In this document: one piece after another, positions 30,810 to 40,602 of the stretch
Layout: the number at the start of each line of letters is the position of its first letter
Numbering within the stretch: position 1 is the first letter of the stretch
Origin: a virus
DNA length: 64,000 nt
Direction: 5' to 3' (one strand)
Virus record (IMG/VR): IMGVR_UViG_3300034112_000721
Location: 48,532 to 112,531 of that record
The notes under the pieces: model-generated
Told to the model about the DNA's origin: nothing
Database searches by the model: none
The model's input: the letters and a program-made list of their open reading frames with translations, nothing else
Position numbers and translations under genes: made by a program

Positions 30810-31639
30810 TTCTTTTTAATATTGTTTCTATTATCATGTAAATAATGCATAATAGCTGTTACTTCATCTTTTAAATATGGTATTTCCATTTGAACTACAT
30901 CTTTAACAATTGGATCACCATTATCATCATAGCTTGTTAAAGGATACCCATATCTATCTTCCCCCTCTGTTTCAAATAGTATATGATGAATAAACATTCT
31001 TCCGGGTTGCAATTTAGGATTATGTTTTAGTATCATATACATGTAGATACTTAACTGTAAGCTGTAGTGATTAAAATTACAATCATCTAAGTTAGATATA
31101 GGAGGGAGTAATTTTTCAGAAACTCCCTCCCAATCTTTGTAAGATTCAGTCTTAATCTCTTTATTAGTTTTGTAATCAATAATATTTACTCTACCATTAA
31201 CTACTTCTACGAGATCTGACTGACCACAGATGCCTGCTGATTTAAGATAAACCATATGCTCTGGATACACGCCTGGTTCTAATTTTTGTGAAGGTGCTGT
31301 CTTAATTCCATTTGCTAAATCATTAGGTTTAAACACTGGAACTGTAACACCTTCTCTTTCTATTGAAGCTAAAGAACATAAGTCAGCCTCTCTTTGATTA
31401 TGATAAAATGTACCAAGAGTAACTGCTCTTTCTGATTCTGCATTCCAAATAGATATAATATCTTTTGGTGAAAAACCAAACCACTTAGATCTCTTATTCT
31501 TACAAACCTTTTTTGCTACTTTTTCAGCATCAAAAGGTTTTTTAAAATGAGATACAAGTGTAGTAACACTTATCCAATTAATCTCTGAGCCGTCATTGCT
31601 TTTATAGCTATGATCCTTGGCATTAAATACTATACTCAT
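30806..31639 (-). CDS. PD-(D/E)XK exonuclease
   Basis: SVTT, GT..H, E....ICGQSDLV, IIDYKT and Y.LQLSIY motifs. Confidence 0.85.
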   Translation of the reverse strand: MSIVFNAKDHSYKSNDGSEINWISVTTLVSHFKKPFDAEKVAKKVCKNKRSKWFGFSPKDIISIWNAESERAVTLGTFYHNQREADLCSLASIEREGVTVPVFKPNDLANGIKTAPSQKLEPGVYPEHMVYLKSAGICGQSDLVEVVNGRVNIIDYKTNKEIKTESYKDWEGVSEKLLPPISNLDDCNFNHYSLQLSIYMYMILKHNPKLQPGRMFIHHILFETEGEDRYGYPLTSYDDNGDPIVKDVVQMEIPYLKDEVTAIMHYLHDNRNNIKKK

Positions 31640-31929
31640 AGTTTTTCTAATTCTTCTTCTTGTTCTTCAGTAATAATAGCTTGCCATTTACCTAATGGAC
31701 ATTCTGATGATAAAGATCTAGTTTTAAAGGCTAGTGAACATCCACACTCATTACAGCATGGAGCCGTTCCTTTTACAGCACACTTTTTACCTTTATGTTG
31801 ACATTCATCACAAATATCATATCTGAGTCTAGATATTTCTTCTACTGTCTCATCTCTAATAACAGAGTTTTTAATACCCTCAAATATTTGTGATCTATTT
31901 TGCCAGATTAGATTAAGTACATTTTTCAT
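31636..31929 (-). CDS. Small Zn-binding protein (DUF6171-like)
   Basis: R..IC..C, C..CGC.L..K and CP.GKW motifs. Confidence 0.7.
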   Translation of the reverse strand: MKNVLNLIWQNRSQIFEGIKNSVIRDETVEEISRLRYDICDECQHKGKKCAVKGTAPCCNECGCSLAFKTRSLSSECPLGKWQAIITEEQEEELEKL

Positions 31930-32288
31930 TTATTCTTGTTTTTAAAAAAAGCTTCTCTTTTTTCTGTTTGATCTTGAATCTTAAGATTTAATTTCAATAG
32001 TAGTTCTAATTTATTTTCTAGTGCTTTCTTATTATGATAAGCTTTAAATGTAGATGTGTCATGTTCTTTTAATATTCTTGATATCTTTTCTATTGATCCA
32101 TATACCATCTTTGGTTTTGAAACAAAATGACCAAGACCCTCTATGTTTATTCTAGGATATTCTAAATTAGATAATAAACTTCTGACATCTTTGTAATAAA
32201 ACTCTACTAAGTCTTCTACTAAATCCTTATCAATATTTAATTCTTCTGCAACTTCTTGATATATTCTTTTAGGCTTTCTGGGATTCAT
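31926..32288 (-). CDS. IHF/HU-like DNA-binding protein
   Basis: EVAEELNI.K..VE..V..Y...INIEGLGHF. Confidence 0.7.
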   Translation of the reverse strand: MNPRKPKRIYQEVAEELNIDKDLVEDLVEFYYKDVRSLLSNLEYPRINIEGLGHFVSKPKMVYGSIEKISRILKEHDTSTFKAYHNKKALENKLELLLKLNLKIQDQTEKREAFFKNKNK

Positions 32289-32646
32289 CTCCTAAAAATT
32301 TATAGTCTAATAAAATAGTACCTGTTGTCTGAATTTTTAAACTTGGATTTATCCGAATTAATTTTTTGTTTTCCTCATCTTTAACAACTAAGTTTGTTTT
32401 CTCAGCTTTATTTATACAGTTTCTCACAGTTTGTGGAGACTTGAAAATAGGCTCTTCTTCTGAAGATGCATCATAACAAAAATGTGTTAATTCTATTGGC
32501 TCATTAAAACTTAGTAAGGTCAAGCAGTTAAGGTCAGAGTCACTTAAGTTGATTCTATTAATATAGCAGTGGGTAAGTATTTGAAACTTAACCACATCCC
32601 ACTTAGGCATTCTTACACGCTTCTGTACTTGATTTACTATAGCCAT
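32269..32646 (-). CDS. Winged-helix DNA-binding protein
   Basis: LSDSDL..L.LL...SPQTVRN.I.K..K.NLV MarR/wHTH-like pattern. Confidence 0.55.
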   Translation of the reverse strand: MAIVNQVQKRVRMPKWDVVKFQILTHCYINRINLSDSDLNCLTLLSFNEPIELTHFCYDASSEEEPIFKSPQTVRNCINKAEKTNLVVKDEENKKLIRINPSLKIQTTGTILLDYKFLGDESQKA

Positions 32647-32648
32647 GA

Positions 32649-32948
32649 CTAGCCTCTTTTAAGCTTTCTCTTTCCTTGATCTGCTGTATTAGACTCTTTA
32701 TCAATATCAAAATCTGAACCTCTTTCTTCATCTGCTTCTTCTTGTTGAGGAGCCATCATCATAGCATACTGATATTGAATACTAGATCTTTTAAATCTTG
32801 CTTCATCAATTTTTAAAAGCATTTCTTCATAATCTAATTGTGCTCTTAAATAAGGCATAGAAGTTTGATAAAACTCTAGCATTTTTTCTTTTTGCTCTTC
32901 TAACTGTTCAGGAGTTAGTTGCATTTCTGGTTGTTGGTTTGTTTCCAT
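32649..32948 (-). CDS. Hypothetical coiled-coil protein
   Basis: ORF track; first gene after a promoter motif. Confidence 0.6.
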   Translation of the reverse strand: METNQQPEMQLTPEQLEEQKEKMLEFYQTSMPYLRAQLDYEEMLLKIDEARFKRSSIQYQYAMMMAPQQEEADEERGSDFDIDKESNTADQGKRKLKRG

Positions 32949-32974
32949 AAGACTTTAATTTATATTAGTTTACA

Positions 32975-33019
32975 CAAATATATATATAAAAAGTTTAAAT
33001 AAAACAAGTTTAAATAAAA
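32975..33019 (-). promoter_or_regulatory. TATATTTG promoter element plus a tandem direct repeat (AAGTTTAAATAAAA x2 on the plus strand)
   Basis: CAAATATA at 32975-32982; repeat copies at 32991 and 33006. Confidence 0.5.
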
Positions 33020-33074
33020 AAATCCAGGCATACTATATACCTGGATCACCTTACTTAGAGAAGTTTAAGTAATA

Positions 33075-33233
33075 TTATCTATTCTTAATGGTAAGATTTA
33101 ATATAGTAAGTAAGTAAAAGTTTCTAGATATATCCATTTCAAAAGAAAAAATATCTAATGATGATAATCTTATTCTTATCATTATTTTATCCCACTGTTT
33201 TGTGGATGATTTCCAAGAGTTTCTAAATTTCAT
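33075..33233 (-). CDS. Hypothetical 52-aa protein
   Basis: Hand translation MKFRNSWKSSTKQWDKIMIRIRLSSLDIFSFEMDISRNFYLLTILNLTIKNR; starts 1 nt after the amidase stop. Confidence 0.55.
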   Translation of the reverse strand: MKFRNSWKSSTKQWDKIMIRIRLSSLDIFSFEMDISRNFYLLTILNLTIKNR

Positions 33234-33234
33234 T

Positions 33235-33882
33235 TTATAGGTTTTTTAACATTTCTATTACTTTAGGATCTGGATACATATCACTCTTATCCTTTCTTAC
33301 TGAATTATGTGTATATATTCCAGGAACCCCCTTAAAGGCTTCTCTATCTATTGCCCAGATTTCTGATCTGTAAGTCTTAGGAATATCATATGTTTCACAT
33401 AAGTATTCTACTAATTGTCTTAAAGATTCAATCTGTGCATCTGAATATTTGTACCAATATTTGGTACCTTTAAATGGTGTCTCAAGAGTTGTTACATTCT
33501 CTGGTTTAACCACACCATTTACATAGTTATAGTATTTACCATTGCGGAATTTTAATGGTCCCCAATTACAAACTTCTATACCTACAGAAAGTTTATTTAA
33601 GTTTTGATATTTTGCACCGTTCTTAGTAAAGTCTTCTGAATCTATTCCTAAATGCCATGCCCAATGTTTAGATGAGAAGCATTGTACAATATCTCCATTT
33701 TCACCAATAACAAATGCAGTTGCTATTCTTGTATCATTACTATTCCAGTACCGTGATACAGCTACTGCATTGCCTCCACCCGCTGTATGATGCAGATAGA
33801 TTTGTGTCTTTTTAGACTCTTCAGCATAGAACTGATCTTTATCTAATCTTGCTTGAACAATTTTACTAATATCTAGTTTCAT
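33235..33882 (-). CDS. Endolysin, N-acetylmuramoyl-L-alanine amidase (Amidase_2)
   Basis: IYLHHTAG, AWHLG, N..SVGIE and H......K.D Zn-amidase motifs. Confidence 0.9.
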   Translation of the reverse strand: MKLDISKIVQARLDKDQFYAEESKKTQIYLHHTAGGGNAVAVSRYWNSNDTRIATAFVIGENGDIVQCFSSKHWAWHLGIDSEDFTKNGAKYQNLNKLSVGIEVCNWGPLKFRNGKYYNYVNGVVKPENVTTLETPFKGTKYWYKYSDAQIESLRQLVEYLCETYDIPKTYRSEIWAIDREAFKGVPGIYTHNSVRKDKSDMYPDPKVIEMLKNL

Positions 33883-34379
33883 TAGTTCTTGATGTCTTTA
33901 TAAGTGTCTGATGCGTCTTTTAGACCTTTTCTTAATTTCTTTACAGTATCACATGTTTTTTTAAGAACATTGTTACCTGTAATATCAAACCAGTTTTCAT
34001 TAATAGATGCAAGTTCTATAATTGAGAATATACCAAGTAAAATATTAGTAAGAATAGCAGGCACTCCTATAACAAAATCAAAATTTAAAAACTTTAGCAG
34101 TCCATTGATAAATGGAGTTAATGCATAATAGTCCAAAGGAAAAACTACTCCTGCAGTAATATAATATCCTAAAGCTTTATATACATATCCTTGTCTAAGT
34201 ATTCTTGACTTAAATACCTCTCTATATTTTCTATTAGTTTCTTTAGCAATTTTCTTAAGAGAAATTAATTTAACTACAGTATCTACAAAGATAATTAGCA
34301 TTAGAACAAGAGCCATTAGCTCTATTGGTGCAAAGAATGATGTGATTGACAAGGTTACAAGAGTTAATTTTGTTTTCAT
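33882..34379 (-). CDS. Holin (phage holin 4-like)
   Basis: Multiple TM segments; D...G..K and IE..SI.EN pattern; adjacent to the endolysin. Confidence 0.75.
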   Translation of the reverse strand: MKTKLTLVTLSITSFFAPIELMALVLMLIIFVDTVVKLISLKKIAKETNRKYREVFKSRILRQGYVYKALGYYITAGVVFPLDYYALTPFINGLLKFLNFDFVIGVPAILTNILLGIFSIIELASINENWFDITGNNVLKKTCDTVKKLRKGLKDASDTYKDIKN

Positions 34380-34864
34380 ATTGCAGGTATTTGAGCTTTA
34401 ATCAGACGATATATAATATATAATATAATAATTATTAACCATATACCGCCAATCCATGCCAGGAAGTTTACCCAACCCGGGATATATTTTATCTTTTCAG
34501 GCTTTAATGTTTTAGTTACTACTTGTGTTTTATAAACTGTATTACCAGGTACAAGTTTATAAATAGTATCTGTCTTAGCAATTACTTTGTATTTATTGTT
34601 CTTTATTCTAGCTTGGAGCTTAAGTATTGTTCCATCTTTTTCAGATAGTCTAGAAGCATAAACATTACCAAGAGAATCACAAAATAAAGTATCTTCTATA
34701 AATACAGTTTCTCCTGGGATTTCTATTGTGGTATCTTTATATTGTATTACTGTAACTGTACTATCTTTTTGAGTACATAGTGGACAGTATTTAGCTAGTC
34801 TTTTTTCTAATGAACAAGAAGTAATAAATACTAATAGTAAAGAAACTACAAATAAATTTTTCAT
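34376..34864 (-). CDS. Putative unimolecular spanin
   Basis: N-terminal lipobox (FITSC), beta-rich middle, C-terminal TM helix; inside the lysis cassette. Confidence 0.65.
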   Translation of the reverse strand: MKNLFVVSLLLVFITSCSLEKRLAKYCPLCTQKDSTVTVIQYKDTTIEIPGETVFIEDTLFCDSLGNVYASRLSEKDGTILKLQARIKNNKYKVIAKTDTIYKLVPGNTVYKTQVVTKTLKPEKIKYIPGWVNFLAWIGGIWLIIIILYIIYRLIKAQIPAI

Positions 34865-35124
34865 TATAATGTTGCTACCGTTAAATGTGCCACATATGCT
34901 TGATCAACAGTGTTCCAAACCATTGTTTTAGATACAAGGTATTTATCAGGATTAGCAGTAAAATATGCATCAATTTGATCTTTCATATTTGTTGCATTTA
35001 AATCTGAAAATACAATCTCATCACAATTGCTTAATTGTGATAGTGCTAGTCCTTGTAAAACTTTTAGTTGATATGGAAAGTTATTTCCTTTATTTCCATA
35101 ATCTTTTAAATTTCCTACTGACAT
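34864..35124 (-). CDS. Small protein sharing its N-terminal module with the 35143 ORF
   Basis: MSVGNLKDYGNKGNNFPYQLKVLQGL. Confidence 0.65.
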   Translation of the reverse strand: MSVGNLKDYGNKGNNFPYQLKVLQGLALSQLSNCDEIVFSDLNATNMKDQIDAYFTANPDKYLVSKTMVWNTVDQAYVAHLTVATL

Positions 35125-35142
35125 AATTTCTATTTATTTTAA

Positions 35143-36462
35143 TTATCTACTTACTTCTTCCCAGTCTATTGATGCAAACACACTTTCACCACCTGATGTA
35201 GTTCCTACAGCAACTTCAATTACTAATTCATAAGCAGTGCTTGTAAATGAGTTTCTTTCTAACTGCGTTGCAAAAAGAGCTTCTTTTAAAATGTTTATGG
35301 TTGGAGATCCTTGATTAGAAGAATTTAAATATCCTTGTGCTAATACTCTACCACCCGCAGTAGATGTTCCTGTAAGATTATACTCTACAGCTGAATCAGC
35401 ACCTGCAGAAACCCAAGCACCACCAGTTATAGTAGCTGATTGCACAATTCTCCATGCATAGTTTTTACCATTACCAGTACCAAGTATTGATATTGCTGTT
35501 GCAATTACAACAGCATCTAGTTTACTTGCTGTTAATTTAATTCCTACTATAGGATAAAATGTTCCTGCAACAGCAAATGTTCTAGGTGTTGTAATTGGTG
35601 TACCAACAGCTTGTTGTCCACCTCTAAGTTCATATCCCCCTTCTGAAATTGCTGTAGAGCAAACTTGTTTTAATGTGCTACTATTTGCTGTAACTCCAGT
35701 ATTTGTTATTTCATATCTAATTGGAAGAGATGCTGTAGTAATATAAGTTGATGTAACAAGATTGGCATGGTTAAACTTATGACATAATAAAAATACACCA
35801 TCTATAATAAACCCAACTCTTACTGTTCCTTCACCTAACCACTCAATATCCATAAATAATATTTGAGCTTTAGTAATATCTAGAACTACACCAGAGGGAC
35901 CATTACCATCTAAAGTATCTACATTCCATGCAGATTGATTTACTACAGTTTCAGTAACTACTCCAGTAACTAAACTTCTTTCTACAAAACTTAGTGTTTG
36001 GTTATTTAATTGAAGATATATTCCGTTACTAGTTCCAAAATAACCAACTCTTTGTCTTAAGTTAGTTTGAGCAGGAGCCATCACAAATGTATTAAAAACT
36101 AAAAGTGATTTTCCAGGTTGATAGGAAAATACTTTAAGGGTTTCTCTTAATACTTGTGAGCCACTTGTAGTATTTACATTTAAGTTTACTAGTCCTTCAT
36201 TTGCACTAAATACAGCAGCACCTCCACTAGCAGTAGATGTTGCCCATAAACCATTATCTTTATATCTATGAGATGAATCAAATAATGTCAAAGGACTAGA
36301 AACTCTTTGCCTTCCAAAGGCATCAATAGCCATTGAATTGGCATTTGTAATGTTACCGGTTACTATACTACTATTAATAGTATCTAACCCTTGCAACATT
36401 TTCAATTGCCAAGGAAAATTATTCCCTTTATTCCCGTAATCTTTTAGGTTGCCTACTGACAT
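35143..36462 (-). CDS. Putative virion fibre/decoration protein
   Basis: DAFGR.RVS.P.TLFD, YQPGKS and WLG.G.VR.G pattern of beta-sandwich phage structural proteins. Confidence 0.65.
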   Translation of the reverse strand: MSVGNLKDYGNKGNNFPWQLKMLQGLDTINSSIVTGNITNANSMAIDAFGRQRVSSPLTLFDSSHRYKDNGLWATSTASGGAAVFSANEGLVNLNVNTTSGSQVLRETLKVFSYQPGKSLLVFNTFVMAPAQTNLRQRVGYFGTSNGIYLQLNNQTLSFVERSLVTGVVTETVVNQSAWNVDTLDGNGPSGVVLDITKAQILFMDIEWLGEGTVRVGFIIDGVFLLCHKFNHANLVTSTYITTASLPIRYEITNTGVTANSSTLKQVCSTAISEGGYELRGGQQAVGTPITTPRTFAVAGTFYPIVGIKLTASKLDAVVIATAISILGTGNGKNYAWRIVQSATITGGAWVSAGADSAVEYNLTGTSTAGGRVLAQGYLNSSNQGSPTINILKEALFATQLERNSFTSTAYELVIEVAVGTTSGGESVFASIDWEEVSR

Positions 36463-36495
36463 GATTATGTGTTTTTATAGATTATTAAATATATT

Positions 36496-36522
36496 GCCGG
36501 GACAATAAATGCCCCGACAAAA
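36496..36522 (-). terminator. Hairpin/terminator
   Basis: TTGCCGGG...CCCGACAA imperfect inverted repeat in an intergenic region. Confidence 0.4.
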
Positions 36523-36537
36523 GTATTTTAACATCTA

Positions 36538-37008
36538 TTAGTTAATAATCATAAAGTGTACTTTAACTATATTGTTTAATGCAGCATTTCCACCATTTGC
36601 TATAACAACCTTGAATGATCCAGCAGCAATATCAGATACACCAACTACAGGAATTCCTGTTGCAGCTTCATCATATTGCACACTTACTAAAATGCGTGAT
36701 GTAGCAGTTATGTTTGAGTTGTTTACTGTAAAAAATGTTTTAGCATTTGCAGCTAATGTAGAAGATACAGTAGTTATTACACCGTTTAATGTATCCAATG
36801 TTACAGCCGTTGTAATAGAAGTTAACTGAGTTACAGTACCTGTATTATACAAAGATTGTAAAGGTCCTGCATTTACTGCTAATGGTAACCAAGCATCATC
36901 TCTAGTTACATCTTTTGATCCAATTGCCAATAGATTAGGAACATCTGTTGGAAGAGTTTCTCTATAGTTTCCTGCTTTAATCCAGGAGATAAAATTTAAA
37001 ACATCCAT
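36538..37008 (-). CDS. Putative head decoration/fibre protein
   Basis: GTVTQLTSITTAVTL...G.IT beta-rich domain; shares the MD.LNFISWI N-terminus with the next ORF. Confidence 0.6.
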   Translation of the reverse strand: MDVLNFISWIKAGNYRETLPTDVPNLLAIGSKDVTRDDAWLPLAVNAGPLQSLYNTGTVTQLTSITTAVTLDTLNGVITTVSSTLAANAKTFFTVNNSNITATSRILVSVQYDEAATGIPVVGVSDIAAGSFKVVIANGGNAALNNIVKVHFMIIN

Positions 37009-37033
37009 GACTTTTTGTTTTTATATATTATTA

Positions 37034-38017
37034 TTAAATTCTTACAACTGATAAATATCTAGCTCCAATTTGGTCTGTTGCACTTGATTGAACTGTAACT
37101 ACAACATATATGTTTTGAGTCCAATCAATTGTTCCAACTGACATACCATTATCAAATATACTTGAATTATATGTAGCTGCATTTGCTCCAATTCCAGAAT
37201 CTGAAAAGCCATCACTTGGAAGACCCAATGGTAAAAATTGTAAAGTTGATCCTGAAAAGAAAATATCTTTTTCAATTTTTACAATTTTTTGACCTGAGCC
37301 ATTAGTTGCTGTATCAACTTCAGCAATTAATGTTGCTCCTGCAGTAAAATAATCAATTCCTTGAAAAGGAACATTATTTGAAACATACACTCTTACAACC
37401 ATAGTGTTTGCAGATGCTATTTTTTGTAAAGCAGTTTTAATTGCAAAAATTGGTCTAATAGAATTATTAAAAGTATTAGCCGGTATTGTTGAAAAAGAAA
37501 CAACTGTATTAAATGGTGAAGATGCTGAAACTAATCCTGATGGTACTGCGCTAAAATTAGGATTTGAACTTCCTGCAGGTCCAACAGGACCTTGGATTCC
37601 TTGAGGACCTTGGGGACCAGTGGCTCCTTGAGAAGCTAATAAAGCCCAATTTAAAGGATCTGTAGCAGGGTTTGTAGGAGATGGTCCAACAGGATTAATA
37701 CAAAAATATGATGCTCCACCAAAACCTACTGCATCATTTAATACATAAACTCCAGCTGCTGACCATGATCCTTGCCAGTTAAGCCCTGCTGGTCCTACTG
37801 GTCCTGGTACACCTTGAGGTCCAATTGGTCCTTGTGCACCAGCTGGTATATTTGCTGCAACTTGTGTTGTAAAATTTTGTACAGAAATTGCACCTGTTAA
37901 ATATTCATCATCTCTTCTATCATCTTGAAGAGCTACAGGTAGTAATGTTTTATTAGGATCAACAGAGTTAACCACTCTACGTCCTCTAATCCAAGAGATA
38001 AAATTTAAAATGTCCAT
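37034..38017 (-). CDS. Collagen-repeat fibre protein
   Basis: Gly-X-Y runs flanking a WQG.W.....Y...D.V...G.SY module. Confidence 0.75.
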   Translation of the reverse strand: MDILNFISWIRGRRVVNSVDPNKTLLPVALQDDRRDDEYLTGAISVQNFTTQVAANIPAGAQGPIGPQGVPGPVGPAGLNWQGSWSAAGVYVLNDAVGFGGASYFCINPVGPSPTNPATDPLNWALLASQGATGPQGPQGIQGPVGPAGSSNPNFSAVPSGLVSASSPFNTVVSFSTIPANTFNNSIRPIFAIKTALQKIASANTMVVRVYVSNNVPFQGIDYFTAGATLIAEVDTATNGSGQKIVKIEKDIFFSGSTLQFLPLGLPSDGFSDSGIGANAATYNSSIFDNGMSVGTIDWTQNIYVVVTVQSSATDQIGARYLSVVRI

Positions 38018-38079
38018 TTCTAAATAATTATATACATTATATCTATAATATAATGAAAATTATTTAGATAACAAATTAA

Positions 38080-38214
38080 TTAAGATATTATATCCCCAAT
38101 TTCTAATATGTCAGAAATGATATAAGTTGTTTCTGAAAGCATGTATAGATTTTCTTCTTCTATACTTATAATATTTTCTACCTTATTATCTACTATTATT
38201 GCTACTCTTAACAT
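38080..38214 (-). CDS. Small protein following the Gly-rich fibre (possible assembly chaperone), 44 aa
   Basis: Hand translation MLRVAIIVDNKVENIISIEEENLYMLSETTYIISDILEIGDIIS; TAATG overlap. Confidence 0.6.
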   Translation of the reverse strand: MLRVAIIVDNKVENIISIEEENLYMLSETTYIISDILEIGDIIS

Positions 38215-40019
38215 TAGAAGTAAGTTATAATTATACAAAACCCATTTCCTCCAGTTCCTCCACCACCTGAGTTTGCACCATTTGTAGATGCACCACCACC
38301 AGCACCACCAGCACCAGGTCCACCGTTACCACCTTTTCCACCAGCTATTGTGCCCGCAGCATCTCCTGAATTTCCACCACTACCACCAGTTGAGAAAAAC
38401 AATCCGGAAGGGCTATTAGTTATTAAACTGCCATTATTACCACTTGCACCTACAGTTCCAGATACAGTAACACTTGCTATTATTTGAGCTGTAGCAAGAC
38501 CTGTTAAGTTCATACCTCCACCAGTATTAGTAGCATTTACTGTGCTAAGACCTCCTCCTTGTCCACCAGCCATTAATGGTCTAGATATATAAGTTGTTGT
38601 ACCTCCAGAAAAGTTAGCTGGTCCAACAGAACCAGTACCAAAAATTGATGTAGTATAAATTACACCAAACATTATTGAGTTACCAATACCAGAGCTACCT
38701 TGTGATGCTGCAGTTCCACCTAATCCACCAAATCCATTTCCAGTACTAAGTTTTGCTGTAGTAGAAACACCTGTTCCTCCAAAGAAAGATGGTGCTCCTG
38801 TTCCTCCTGCTGCACCATTAGTATCATTGACTCCTATAGCTGAAGCACCTGTTCCACCAACACCAATCCAAACATTTTCTGTAGACCCTAAGTTGTTTGC
38901 ATTTATTTTAGCAATGTTAAAAGAACCAGAAGACCCACCCCCACCGCCATATCTAGCTGTACTTGCTGCACCTCTTCTACCTGAAGCACCTCCACCACCT
39001 CCTCCAACTAAATAAATTTCAACATATTTTGCATTAGCAGGTTTTGTCCATACACCACTAGATAAGAAAATTTGAGTATCTATTAGTGATTCTGTTGATG
39101 TATAATTAGGAATATTTAAAGTAGAACCTGTAAGTGTAGCTGCACCTGACGTACCTGTAGTAGTTAAACTAAGTATTGGCTGATATGTGCTTGCTGCTGT
39201 TGCTGATGTAAGATAAGGTAATAAAGCAGATGATGTTATATAACCAGCAGGGTTAGCATTATCATAGGGTGTATAACCAAGAGCAGTAGTAATATCAAAA
39301 GCTGTAATTCCTGAAATATAACCTGAAGGGTTGCTGCTATCATAGGGAACATACCCTAAAGCACTAGTAACCATTGATCCTGATATGGCATTTAAGTAAC
39401 CAGCTGGGTTACTAGAATCATATGGTGTGTATCCTAGTGCAGTTGTTACATCTAAACTTGTTATACCTGTGATATATCCATTAGGATTTGTAAGTGGATA
39501 ATAAGTACTAGCTGCTACAGCAGAAGTTAAATAACCTGAGAGAGCTGCACTTGTAATGTATCCAGCTGGATTAGTACTGTTATATGGTGTAAACCCTAAT
39601 GCGGTTGTTACCATTAAACTAGTTATTCCAGAAATATATCCAGAAGGATTAGTTAAAGGATAGTATGTACTTGCTGCAGTAGCAGAAGTTAAATATGGTG
39701 TTAGTGCAGTAGAATTAATATATCCCGCTGGATTGGCTGAGTCATATGGTGTATATCCAAGAGCACTGGTAACCATAGACCCAGATATAGCGTTTAAATA
39801 ACCTGCAGGATTTGAACTTAATGGATAATAGTACATATTATATGTAGATACTCCTAAATTCCAATCTACTCCTGGGTTAGGATAAGTACCATAAAGGTCC
39901 CCACCTGCTGGTCCAGTAGGAGATCCACCACCTCCACCAGTAGTTTTTGGTTTACCATCAGGACCAGTTATCTCAATCCCACCACCAAATACATTACCAT
40001 TACTATCTATTACTTGCAT
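38214..40019 (-). CDS. Fibre protein with TALGYTPY..NP.GY repeats and Gly-rich C-terminal domain
   Basis: About 9 tandem ~23-27-aa repeats; F.SSG.WTKP....VGGGGGG glycine-rich domain. Confidence 0.75.
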   Translation of the reverse strand: MQVIDSNGNVFGGGIEITGPDGKPKTTGGGGGSPTGPAGGDLYGTYPNPGVDWNLGVSTYNMYYYPLSSNPAGYLNAISGSMVTSALGYTPYDSANPAGYINSTALTPYLTSATAASTYYPLTNPSGYISGITSLMVTTALGFTPYNSTNPAGYITSAALSGYLTSAVAASTYYPLTNPNGYITGITSLDVTTALGYTPYDSSNPAGYLNAISGSMVTSALGYVPYDSSNPSGYISGITAFDITTALGYTPYDNANPAGYITSSALLPYLTSATAASTYQPILSLTTTGTSGAATLTGSTLNIPNYTSTESLIDTQIFLSSGVWTKPANAKYVEIYLVGGGGGGASGRRGAASTARYGGGGGSSGSFNIAKINANNLGSTENVWIGVGGTGASAIGVNDTNGAAGGTGAPSFFGGTGVSTTAKLSTGNGFGGLGGTAASQGSSGIGNSIMFGVIYTTSIFGTGSVGPANFSGGTTTYISRPLMAGGQGGGLSTVNATNTGGGMNLTGLATAQIIASVTVSGTVGASGNNGSLITNSPSGLFFSTGGSGGNSGDAAGTIAGGKGGNGGPGAGGAGGGASTNGANSGGGGTGGNGFCIIITYF

Positions 40020-40021
40020 AT

Positions 40022-40330
40022 CTATTGAGCATAATCTGTACCGTAAACATAGTATGATGTTCCTACTATATCACTATATACAATTAATTGATCTCCTGGG
40101 TTTAGGGCATATATGGTATTATCAGTAACTGAATCCCCAGCAGATAGATTAAATTCATATATTGTTTCAGTAGATGCTGTTAAAGCATCATATCTAGTTA
40201 AGGTAAGTATGTAAGCTGCTGGATTATAAAACTTTAATAATGTTATTTTAGTAGATAAGGGTCCGGCTATACCAGTATATATTACTGTACCTAAAACACT
40301 TACTTGACCCTGATTTATAATTTCTGCCAT
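40022..40330 (-). CDS. Hypothetical small beta-rich structural protein
   Basis: ORF track; has its own promoter motif; LNPGDQL pattern. Confidence 0.6.
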   Translation of the reverse strand: MAEIINQGQVSVLGTVIYTGIAGPLSTKITLLKFYNPAAYILTLTRYDALTASTETIYEFNLSAGDSVTDNTIYALNPGDQLIVYSDIVGTSYYVYGTDYAQ

Positions 40331-40343
40331 AAACTAATATACA

Positions 40344-40372
40344 AAAAAATCCCCAGCTTTGCAACTGGGGAT
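40344..40372 (-). terminator. Intrinsic terminator
   Basis: ATCCCCAG...CTGGGGAT perfect stem plus T7 on the minus strand. Confidence 0.8.
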
Positions 40373-40410
40373 TATAGCCTGAAGTAAACCATTGGAAAGA
40401 AGAGAACAGG

Positions 40411-40602
40411 CTAAAGTAGTAGGCCAATGGTAAATGCAAAAAACAACATAAAGAATACACAGACTATTGCCAGTTTAATACTATCTTCATCTGATACATA
40501 TTCTTTTTTGAGTTTGTCATATGCAGGTTTATACATCACATGTGCAACCATCCATAATATTGCTATTGCAGATAATAACATTATGATAGATAAAACCTTC
40601 AT
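40411..40602 (-). CDS. Small two-TM membrane protein
   Basis: Two hydrophobic helices. Confidence 0.6.
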   Translation of the reverse strand: MKVLSIIMLLSAIAILWMVAHVMYKPAYDKLKKEYVSDEDSIKLAIVCVFFMLFFAFTIGLLL

